Of a stretch of 64,000 nucleotides of DNA, positions 51,219 through 59,145 are shown piece after piece. The DNA is from Acidimicrobiia bacterium (GTDB lineage: Bacteria; Actinomycetota; Acidimicrobiia; Spongiisociales; ZC4RG35). The notes beneath the pieces were generated by a model that did no database searches, was not told the DNA's origin, and was given only the letters and a program-made list of their open reading frames with translations. Within the stretch, counting starts at the first letter, position 1, and the number at the start of each line of letters is the position of its first letter. The stretch spans positions 12,447-76,446 of the forward strand of contig DATHUP010000025.1 in assembly GCA_035462175.1 (NCBI GenBank). Direction: 5' to 3'. The translations under genes and the position numbers were made by a program.

Positions 51219-53330
51219 ATGTCAGGTCACGACCACCACGATGACAATTCGCACTCCCAAGGATCCGAAGCGACAGGCTCGACGGTGAGCACCGAGCGTG
51301 CACCAGACGGATCCGGGGACCATGGTGACCATCCCGCCGCCGATTCCGGCCACGGGGGTGCTCACGACAAGCACGCGGGTCACAGCATTGCCATGTTCCG
51401 GGATCGTTTCTGGCTATCGCTGCTGTTGACCCTTCCCGTCGTCTTCTTCTCGGAGATGATCCAGGAATGGTTCGGCTACACCGCCCCCACCTTCCCAGGC
51501 TCGGATTGGGTGGCGCCGGTGCTGGGGACGTTCATCTTCGTATACGGCGGCTCGCCTTTCCTCAAGGGGGCGGTAGGGGAGCTGCGCGACCGCCAGCCGG
51601 GGATGATGCTGCTGATCGGGATGGCGATCGTCGTCGCCTTCGTCGCCTCGGCTGCGACCACATTTGGCTGGTTCGATCTCGAGTTCTGGTGGGAGCTGGC
51701 GGCGTTGATCACCATCATGCTGCTCGGTCACTGGATGGAGATGCGCGCCATCGGGCAAGCCCGGGGGGCGCTGGCCGCCTTGGCCGAGCTGTTGCCCGAC
51801 GAGGCGGAGCGGATCACCGGGGGAGAGACGGAGACCGTATCGGTGGCCGAGTTGAAGGTGGGGGATCTGGTGTTGGTCCGGCCCGGGGGGCGAGTCCCCG
51901 CCGACGGGGTCATCGCAGAAGGCGAAGTTGAGATCGACGAGTCCATGGTCACCGGAGAGTCGAAGCCCGTTGCCAAGACACCGGGTGACCGGGTAGTGGC
52001 CGGCACGGTCGCCACCGACTCGGCGATCAGGATCGAGATCGACGCGGTGGGGGAGGACACCGCCCTGGCCGGCATTCAGCGACTGGTGGCTCTCGCCCAG
52101 GATTCGAAATCGCGGGCTCAGGTTCTCGCCGACCGTGCTGCTGCCATCCTCTTCTATGTGGCGGTGGCGGCCGCGGTCATCACCGTGATCACCTGGCTCA
52201 TCGTGGAACAACCCGATCAAGCGATAGTGAGGACGGTGGCGGTGCTGGTCATCGCCTGTCCCCATGCTCTCGGGCTGGCGATACCTCTGGTCATAGCCAT
52301 CTCGACCTCGATGGCCGCGCGGAACGGGATCCTGGTCAAGGACCGTCTCGCCCTGGAGCGGATGAGGAGTGTCGACATCGTTCTCTTCGACAAGACCGGG
52401 ACACTGACCAAGGGAAGTCACCGGGTGAGCGCAGTGACAGCTGTCGACGGGGACCAGGCCGGTCTGCTTGCCGTGACCGCCGCTGTCGAGTCCGACTCGG
52501 AGCACCCCCTGGCTCGTGCCATCGTCACTGCGGCGAGAGACCAGGGCGATGTGCCCATCGCCACCGAGTTCAGGTCGATGAGCGGTCGTGGAGTGGAGGC
52601 GAGCGTCGACGGGGCCAGGGTGGCGGTCGGTGGCCCGGCGCTGCTCCGGGAACGGGATCTGGACGTGCCGCCCGTCGTGGGGGAGTCGACCGAGGGCTGG
52701 ATCCAGCGAGGTGCCGCAGTGCTCTACGTGATCAGTGACGGGTCGGTTGTCGGAGCGTTGTCACTCGAAGACGAGATCCGTCCCGAGTCCAGGGCCGCGG
52801 TCGATCAGCTCCACCAGCTCGGAGTCCAGGTGGCGATGATCACCGGCGACGCCCGGCAAGTGGCAGAGGCGGTCGGCTCCGAGCTCGACATCGACGAAGT
52901 GCTGGCCGAGGTCCTCCCCGAGGACAAGCACTCGAAGGTTGCCGAGCTTCAGCAACGAGGTCTGAAGGTGGCGATGGTCGGCGACGGGGTGAACGACGCC
53001 CCCGCTCTGGCCCAGGCCGATGTCGGCATCGCCATCGGCGCCGGCACCGACGTGGCCATCGAGTCGGCCGGGATCGTTCTCGCCTCCGACGACCCCAGGG
53101 GAGTGGTGGGGATACGCAGACTGTCCCAGGCCGGCTATCGCAAGATGGTGCAGAACCTGGTGTGGGCCGCGGGATACAACGTTGCCGCGATCCCGCTCGC
53201 TGCCGGTGCGCTGGCCTGGGCCGGGATCGTCCTCGCCCCCGCCGCAGCGGCGGTTCTGATGAGCGCCTCGACCGTGATCGTCGCCATCAACGCCCAGTTG
53301 CTGCGTCGGGTCGACCTGAGACCGGTCTGA
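51219..53330 (+). CDS. copB: P1B-3-type (CopB-like) copper ATPase with a His-rich N-terminus
   Basis: N-terminus MSGHDHHDDNSHSQ..GDHGDHPAADSGHGGAHDKHAGH. TM motif ACPHALGLA (CPH). DKTGTLT, GDGVNDAPAL, MSASTVIVAINA. Confidence 0.85.
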   Translation: MSGHDHHDDNSHSQGSEATGSTVSTERAPDGSGDHGDHPAADSGHGGAHDKHAGHSIAMFRDRFWLSLLLTLPVVFFSEMIQEWFGYTAPTFPGSDWVAPVLGTFIFVYGGSPFLKGAVGELRDRQPGMMLLIGMAIVVAFVASAATTFGWFDLEFWWELAALITIMLLGHWMEMRAIGQARGALAALAELLPDEAERITGGETETVSVAELKVGDLVLVRPGGRVPADGVIAEGEVEIDESMVTGESKPVAKTPGDRVVAGTVATDSAIRIEIDAVGEDTALAGIQRLVALAQDSKSRAQVLADRAAAILFYVAVAAAVITVITWLIVEQPDQAIVRTVAVLVIACPHALGLAIPLVIAISTSMAARNGILVKDRLALERMRSVDIVLFDKTGTLTKGSHRVSAVTAVDGDQAGLLAVTAAVESDSEHPLARAIVTAARDQGDVPIATEFRSMSGRGVEASVDGARVAVGGPALLRERDLDVPPVVGESTEGWIQRGAAVLYVISDGSVVGALSLEDEIRPESRAAVDQLHQLGVQVAMITGDARQVAEAVGSELDIDEVLAEVLPEDKHSKVAELQQRGLKVAMVGDGVNDAPALAQADVGIAIGAGTDVAIESAGIVLASDDPRGVVGIRRLSQAGYRKMVQNLVWAAGYNVAAIPLAAGALAWAGIVLAPAAAAVLMSASTVIVAINAQLLRRVDLRPV

Positions 53331-53363
53331 CTCGGAAGCCGTTGATGGAACGCCCTCCGTCTG

Positions 53364-54329
53364 ATGTCGAAGCTGGATCGGGCAATGGCCCGAGGGTCAG
53401 CAAGAACAGATCCGATGGTTCCGGACCGATCCGAGGCCGAGCTGGAAGAGCTCGACAACCTTGTCGATGAGATCGCGGGCTCGTTGGGCCGGGCCACAGT
53501 CGTGCCGATCGACGTTGCCGTAGCCCCTGAATTCGAGGGCTTCGGCGGTCTGCCCGCGGTGGTTCTGACCGAAGAGGTCGAACCTGGGCTGAACCGGATA
53601 CTGACCTATCTCTACGTCGCCAATCCCGAGATTCTCGAGCACTACGGGGCCGACCTCGACACGATCGGCCCTGAGACCGAAGTCTTGACCGTCGAGAGCG
53701 GCGAGCTCTTCTTCGAGCCGATGAGCCCGGAGCTGGTCGACAACCCGGTGCCTCTTGCCCAAGGCTTCACCTCCCTTCCCGACTCATTCATCACACCAAC
53801 CGCGTTGGGGATGCGGGGCTGGGACTCGGCCAGGGCGGCTTGGCTGGTCGAAACGGCCACCCCCATCACGGACGATCAGTTCGCTGGGAGCCGAGAAGCG
53901 GCCGCGGCCGCCGGGATAACTGTGGAGAGGCGCAACGACCAAGCCGACCTGGCGGCACTCCGCACGGGTACCGCCGCGGTGGGCATGCTCCTCGCCCTTG
54001 GCATCCTGGCCACGACCGTCGGACTGATCCGTAGCGAGTCAGCCGGTGACCTCCGCATCCTCACCGCCACAGGAGCCGGCTCGAGGATCCGCCGCAGACT
54101 CACCGCGGCCACGGCAGGTGGTCTCGCCGCCATGGGCGCCCTGCTCGGCGTCGGCGGCGCATACCTGGCGTTCTTGACATTTCACCTCGAGGATCTCGGC
54201 TCCCTCTCCCCGGTGCCGGTGGCCCATGTCGCCATGCTCGTGCTGGGAGTCCCGGTAGTTGCCGCTGGGGCCGAGTGGGTGTTGGCGGGGAAACAGCCCG
54301 ATTCGATCACCCGACATCCGATCGAGTAG
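53364..54329 (+). CDS. FtsX-like permease C-terminal-domain protein, possibly a 5'-truncated remnant
   Basis: The last 130 aa or so (LRTGTAAVGMLLALGILATTVGLIRSESAGDLRILTATGAGSRIRRRLTAATAGGLAAMGALLGVGGAY) look like the final FtsX TM bundle. There are no N-terminal TM segments and no partner ATPase nearby. Confidence 0.4.
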   Translation: MSKLDRAMARGSARTDPMVPDRSEAELEELDNLVDEIAGSLGRATVVPIDVAVAPEFEGFGGLPAVVLTEEVEPGLNRILTYLYVANPEILEHYGADLDTIGPETEVLTVESGELFFEPMSPELVDNPVPLAQGFTSLPDSFITPTALGMRGWDSARAAWLVETATPITDDQFAGSREAAAAAGITVERRNDQADLAALRTGTAAVGMLLALGILATTVGLIRSESAGDLRILTATGAGSRIRRRLTAATAGGLAAMGALLGVGGAYLAFLTFHLEDLGSLSPVPVAHVAMLVLGVPVVAAGAEWVLAGKQPDSITRHPIE

Positions 54330-54343
54330 GCCGAACCGGTCGA

Positions 54344-55429
54344 TCACTCCGTCTGCAGGATCTCGGGACGAACGGTGCGGATCATCTCCGCACTTATGGC
54401 GATGAAGGGCACGGTTACGAATGCGCCGACGATGCCACCGATGACGAACCCGGCGGTGATCCCGAAGAGTATCAGGAGCGGGTGCAGCGCCACGGCCCGT
54501 CCCAGGACCAGGGGAGCGATCAGGTCTCCCTCCAACTGCTGGACCACGATGACGACTACGGCCACGATCACCGCGTCGGTGAGGCCGTTGGTGGCCAGGG
54601 TGGTGAGGGCGATGACCGACCCGGAGACGATGGCACCGATCAGCGGGAAGAAGGCGCCGAGGAACATCAGGATGGCGAGTGGGATCACCAGGGGGACGTC
54701 GAGTATCAAGAGAGTGATGGCCACTGCGGTGCCATTGACCAGTCCGACCGCTGCGGTGCCGTAGAGGTAGCGCCGAAGCGTGACCCAGGCCGCCGCCCCG
54801 GCAACTGCCAGCCTCTCCCGGTCTCCGGCCGGAGTCTTCGACAGGAGCCAATGCCAGAAACGCTCCCCGTCCTTGACGATGAAGAAGGCGACCACGGCGG
54901 TGAGGAACAAGCCGGTGATCGCCTCGGTGGCGGTGCTGAAACCGCTGGTCACTTGTTGCCCCAGACCCCCTTCCCCGGTACCGCCGTTGGCGAACATCTG
55001 CTCCAGGAGGTCGGGGATGCTCTGCCCACCGAAGACCTGGACCGAAGCCAGCCATTCCTGGAGTTGCTCCCAGGCGTCGGTCAGGGCGGTCGACATCTCA
55101 TCGGCCGAGCCCTGGATCTCGGCCACCAGGAACCATCCCAACAGGAACACGACGATGGCAAAGCCCAGGGCCACGATCCATGTGGCGAGAAGCCGTGGCA
55201 AGCCCCGGTTGTCGAGCCAACCCACGGCGGGGGTGCCAATGCTGGCGGCAAACGCACCCAACATCAGGGGGATCACCACCAGCTTCACCTGATAGAGAAG
55301 GAACACGACGACTGCGATCAGGGCCAGGACCCGCAGGATGTCCCATGAGGTCTGGCCCCAAACCCTCAGCCTGTGCCGTGGCGGCGGGACGGACCCGGTC
55401 ACGCCGTCGGGTGGTCTCTGGTCACTCAT
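54344..55429 (-). CDS. AI-2E family transporter (PerM/UPF0118)
   Basis: 361 aa with about 8 TM segments. LGAFFPLIGAIVSGSVIAL..VVQQLEGDLIAPLVLGRAV is the family motif. Confidence 0.8.
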   Translation of the reverse strand: MSDQRPPDGVTGSVPPPRHRLRVWGQTSWDILRVLALIAVVVFLLYQVKLVVIPLMLGAFAASIGTPAVGWLDNRGLPRLLATWIVALGFAIVVFLLGWFLVAEIQGSADEMSTALTDAWEQLQEWLASVQVFGGQSIPDLLEQMFANGGTGEGGLGQQVTSGFSTATEAITGLFLTAVVAFFIVKDGERFWHWLLSKTPAGDRERLAVAGAAAWVTLRRYLYGTAAVGLVNGTAVAITLLILDVPLVIPLAILMFLGAFFPLIGAIVSGSVIALTTLATNGLTDAVIVAVVVIVVQQLEGDLIAPLVLGRAVALHPLLILFGITAGFVIGGIVGAFVTVPFIAISAEMIRTVRPEILQTE

Positions 55430-55573
55430 TCAGCCACCCATCCAGACAAGGGGGGATCCCTTAGCTGGGCTCGGGGATGAAACAGGGAACTCCCGGATTG
55501 GCTGCCGCATTGGTCTTTGCTCAACTGAGGACATGGCTCACAGACACACTTCATTCTCGCAGGGGAGTCGGCC

Positions 55574-55840
55574 ATGGTGATGCCACTGCTCTCGGTCACA
55601 GCCATCGGCGTCATCGTCGGGATGGTCGCGGGAGCGGCGACGGGGAAGATCGGGCGCCGCTCGATCGAAGGAGTGGTGGCCGCCTGGCTCGGGTTCCTCG
55701 CGGGTGCGATCCTGGGGATCCTGTTCGACATCCTCGCCGGCACCGGGTCGATGGTCGCCTGGCTCGGACATGCCGCCGCTCTGGCAGGCGCGGTGGCGAC
55801 TTTCACGGTGGGGCCGTTTAGGCCGAGAACGAGCGTCTAG
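55574..55840 (+). CDS. small Gly/Ala-rich membrane protein (GlsB/YeaQ/YmgE-like)
   Basis: 88 aa with 3 TM segments (IGVIVGMVAGAATG, WLGFLAGAILGILFDILAG). Confidence 0.4.
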   Translation: MVMPLLSVTAIGVIVGMVAGAATGKIGRRSIEGVVAAWLGFLAGAILGILFDILAGTGSMVAWLGHAAALAGAVATFTVGPFRPRTSV

Positions 55841-55916
55841 ATCGACCCCGGCATCCTCGTCTTTCCCACCTACCGTTGAGGAGGTGCCTGACCAACCGTC
55901 CCAGCGGGTCGAGAAG

Positions 55917-56100
55917 GTGCGCGCGGCCGAATTGGCCGCGGCCCTCTCCCTGGCGACCGATCTGGGCATGGGTTTTCCCTTCGAGCACGGTCTCCACGCC
56001 ACCCTGATGACGATGTGTCTCGCCGAGCTCCTCGAGGTGGACCAGGACACGGCGTGGGAGAGGTTCTATGCGTCCCTCCTGATGTACGCCGTGGGCGCGA
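55917..56100 (+). pseudogene. N-terminal fragment of an HD-domain phosphohydrolase-like gene
   Basis: VRAAELAAALSLATDLGMGFPFEHGLHATLMTMCLAELLEVDQDTAWERFYASLLMY resembles the N-termini of actinobacterial HD proteins. Homology is lost near 56100, and the region then overlaps the OsmC gene. Confidence 0.3.
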
Positions 56101-56143
56101 CGCGGGCGGGATCGCCGATGCCGGCGTCGCCGACCAAGTCGAT

Positions 56144-56632
56144 TCAGACCGTGTGGACCGGGGTCGGGTCGGCATCGACGTGCGCGGTCGATGAATCTCG
56201 GGCGCGACGGGCAACCATCTCCCCGGTCAGCTCGCAGGCTGCGGCGAGGGTGTTGGTGATGGTCCCGTACTTGCGGATGTTGCGATGGAGCAGATCGACC
56301 CTCGCCTGTGGCTCGTCGGTGATGATCTCGATTCGGTAGCGCATCCGGGTCATCTGTGGCGGCGTCTCCCGGCGCTCTGCCTCCACGTCGATCGAGGCAG
56401 CCTCGTACTCAAAGGGAAGCAGTTCGGAGTATCGCTCGATGTTCTTGAGTAAACACGCGGCAAGCGAGGCGCAGAGCAGCTCGGCGGGTCCGGGGCGGAA
56501 GCCGTCGGAGACCGACCCGGTGTCGGCCTTGACAACGGTGGCTCCACAGTGAATGCGGCCATGCCCACCGGGACGGCTCACCCCACGGACGCGGTAGGCC
56601 GTCGTCTGGCGCGGATCCGGCGTCGGGCTCAT
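56144..56632 (-). CDS. OsmC/Ohr-family peroxiredoxin-like protein
   Basis: GPAELLCASLAACLLKNI and YGTITNTLAAACEL carry the two conserved Cys. There is about a 20-aa C-terminal extension. Confidence 0.75.
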   Translation of the reverse strand: MSPTPDPRQTTAYRVRGVSRPGGHGRIHCGATVVKADTGSVSDGFRPGPAELLCASLAACLLKNIERYSELLPFEYEAASIDVEAERRETPPQMTRMRYRIEIITDEPQARVDLLHRNIRKYGTITNTLAAACELTGEMVARRARDSSTAHVDADPTPVHTV

Positions 56633-56651
56633 GTCATCCTCGCGGCCAACC

Positions 56652-57590
56652 TCATGTGGTGCGGCCCTTCAATCCCCCGGTGAGCAGGGCGACGAGAAGA
56701 GCCTGTTCGGTGTGCATCCGGTTCTCGGCTTGGTCGCCGACGACCGAGTTCGGCCCGTCGAGGACGGCGGCGACGACCTCGTCACCCCGATGAGCGGGCA
56801 GACAGTGCATGAAGATCGCCGTCGGTGCCGCGACCGACATCAATTCCTCGTCGACTCGATACGGCGCCAGCAAGCGGCGTCGCCGCTCCTGCTCCTCGGG
56901 CGGGTCGCCCATGGAGAGCCACACGTCGGTGTAGACCACGTCGGCCTCCTTGACGGCTTCGAGTGGATCGACGACGACCGAGACCGAACCGCCGGTGCGT
57001 CCGGCTTCCTCCGTCGCCCCACCCACTATCCCGGCGTCAGGGGCGAGACCCGGCGGAGTCGCCGCCACGATGCTCATCCCGCTCAGGGCGGCGCCCTGGA
57101 TCAGGCTGTGGCACACATTGTTTCCCGCTCCCACATAGGCCAGTCGCAGCCTCTCGAGACGCCCGAATCTCTCCTTGATGGTGAGGAGGTCGGCCAGTGC
57201 CTGACAGGGATGGTGCAGGTTGGTCAATGCGTTGATCACCGGGATCGAGGCTGCAGAGGCGAATCGGGTCACGTCGTCATGCTCGAAGGTGCGGATGACC
57301 GCGGCGGCGGCATACCGGGAGACGACCATGGCCGTGTCCTCGATGGTTTCGCCTCGATCCAGCTGGAGCTCCGCAGGCCCGAAGAACTCGGCTTCGCCAC
57401 CGAGATGGGAGATGGCGGCGGCGAAGGAGACCCGTGTCCTCGTGGAGGGCTTGGAGAAGTAGCAGAAGACGATCTCGTCCTCGAGCAGCCCGTCCCGCAG
57501 ATGGGGCAGCTCCCGCGCCTCGACGGCCAGATCGAAGAGATGGCCGAGATCGTCAGGGGTGAGATCCAGGACCTCGAGGTAATCCTTCAT
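56652..57590 (-). CDS. argF: ornithine carbamoyltransferase
   Basis: SKPSTRTRVSF (STRTR), HPCQALAD, DVWLSMG (ornithine SMG loop), HCLPAHRGDEV. Confidence 0.9.
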   Translation of the reverse strand: MKDYLEVLDLTPDDLGHLFDLAVEARELPHLRDGLLEDEIVFCYFSKPSTRTRVSFAAAISHLGGEAEFFGPAELQLDRGETIEDTAMVVSRYAAAAVIRTFEHDDVTRFASAASIPVINALTNLHHPCQALADLLTIKERFGRLERLRLAYVGAGNNVCHSLIQGAALSGMSIVAATPPGLAPDAGIVGGATEEAGRTGGSVSVVVDPLEAVKEADVVYTDVWLSMGDPPEEQERRRRLLAPYRVDEELMSVAAPTAIFMHCLPAHRGDEVVAAVLDGPNSVVGDQAENRMHTEQALLVALLTGGLKGRTT

Positions 57591-57730
57591 GTGGCCACCT
57601 CCGTATTTGGTGACACGTAGACCGTACGTCTGCCGCCCGGTCCGGGACCAGCATCGGAGTGCCCGCGAACAAGGGACCTAATGCTCTTGTCACCGTGGAG
57701 ACGGGTCTGGACCATTGGGACAGGAGCAAC

Positions 57731-59092
57731 ATGAGAAACATCGTGATCATGGGTGCCGGTGGCCGCGACTTCCACGATTTCAACGTGGTCTTCCGCGACG
57801 ATCCCGACACCAGGGTCGTCGCCTTCACCGCAGCCCAAATACCTGGAATAGGCGGGCGGGTCTATCCGCCTGAGCTCGCCGGTGCGTTGTATCCGGAAGG
57901 GATCCCGATCGTCGACGAGTCCGAGCTCCCCGATCTGATCGAGCGTGAGCACATCGATCAGGTGGTCCTTGCCTACTCCGACCTCTCCCACGCCGACGTG
58001 ATGCACAAAGCCTCGCTGGTACTGGCCAGTGGGCCGGACTTCGCCCTCATCGGGCCGGCGCGGAGCATGCTGGTGAGCATCAAGCCGGTGGTGGCAGTCT
58101 GCGCGGTGAGGACCGGATGCGGCAAGAGCCAGACCAGCAGGTTGATAGGGCGGATTCTGGCGAGATCCGGGCTCAGGGTTTCGCTGATCAGACATCCGAT
58201 GCCGTACGGGCACCTGGAGCGGATGAGGGTCCAGCGCTTCGAGACCCTGTCCGACATCGACGCTTCCAACCCGACCATCGAGGAGCGGGAGGAATACGAG
58301 GAGCCGGTTCGCGAGGGATTCCTGGTGTGGGCGGGCGTCGACTATGCCGAGATACTGCATGATGCCGAGCAGGAGTCCGATGTCATCGTCTGGGACGGCG
58401 GGAACAACGACTTTCCCTTCTATCGGCCCGATCTCTTCGTCACCGTGCTCGACCCTTTGCGCCCTGGCCACGAGCTGGAGTATCACCCCGGTGAGGTCAA
58501 CCTGCGCATGGCCGACGTCGTGATCGTCAACAAGGTCGACGTGGCCAACCCCAATGACGTCGTACACACCATCGACAATGCCCGTGCCGTCAACCCTGAG
58601 GCCACCGTCGTTCAGACCGCATCCCCGGTGCATCTCGAGCCGGGCCCGGATCTCGCCGGCAAGAGGGTGCTGATCGTCGAGGACGGGCCCACCCTCACCC
58701 ATGGCGGGATGCCCTTTGGGGCGGGCATGGTCGCTGCCCGGCAGGCCGGAGTGGGGTCGATCGTCGAGCCACGGCCCTACGCCGTCGGGTCGATAATCGA
58801 CACCCTTCAGAAGTACCCGATGCTGGGTCCGGTGCTGCCGGCCATGGGATACGGGGAGGAGCAGCTCGCAGATCTGGAGGCGACGATCCGGGCCGTCCCC
58901 TGCGATGTCGTCGTCACCGGCACGCCCATGGACCTGACTCGCATCATCGAAATCGGCCATCCGGTTCGCCATGCGGCATACGAATCCGTCGAGGTCGGCG
59001 AGCCGCAACTGGAGAATCTCCTCGCCGGAGTGATCGAGGACGCTTGGGCACAGAGGCAATCGGCAGAATCGATCGAGATCGTTGCCGGCTGA
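57731..59092 (+). CDS. P-loop protein of the cyclic 2,3-diphosphoglycerate-synthetase-like family
   Basis: GGGACAGGAG SD followed by ATG 57731. MRNIVIMGAGGRDFHDFNVVFRDD.., P-loop VRTGCGKSQTS, VNKVD. Family assignment is from recall. Confidence 0.6.
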   Translation: MRNIVIMGAGGRDFHDFNVVFRDDPDTRVVAFTAAQIPGIGGRVYPPELAGALYPEGIPIVDESELPDLIEREHIDQVVLAYSDLSHADVMHKASLVLASGPDFALIGPARSMLVSIKPVVAVCAVRTGCGKSQTSRLIGRILARSGLRVSLIRHPMPYGHLERMRVQRFETLSDIDASNPTIEEREEYEEPVREGFLVWAGVDYAEILHDAEQESDVIVWDGGNNDFPFYRPDLFVTVLDPLRPGHELEYHPGEVNLRMADVVIVNKVDVANPNDVVHTIDNARAVNPEATVVQTASPVHLEPGPDLAGKRVLIVEDGPTLTHGGMPFGAGMVAARQAGVGSIVEPRPYAVGSIIDTLQKYPMLGPVLPAMGYGEEQLADLEATIRAVPCDVVVTGTPMDLTRIIEIGHPVRHAAYESVEVGEPQLENLLAGVIEDAWAQRQSAESIEIVAG

Positions 59093-59145
59093 CGATGCTC
59101 CATGTCTCCGGGTGTCCCCTCGAGCATCGGGCTTGAATCGAGACA

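Noticed and set aside
59094-59128. Inverted repeat GATGCTC-N21-GAGCATC between the cDPG-synthetase-like gene and the P1B-5 ATPase
   Set aside because: The loop is long, there is no U-tract and no similarity to the other operators. It could be a weak terminator or a regulator site, but it is unsupported.
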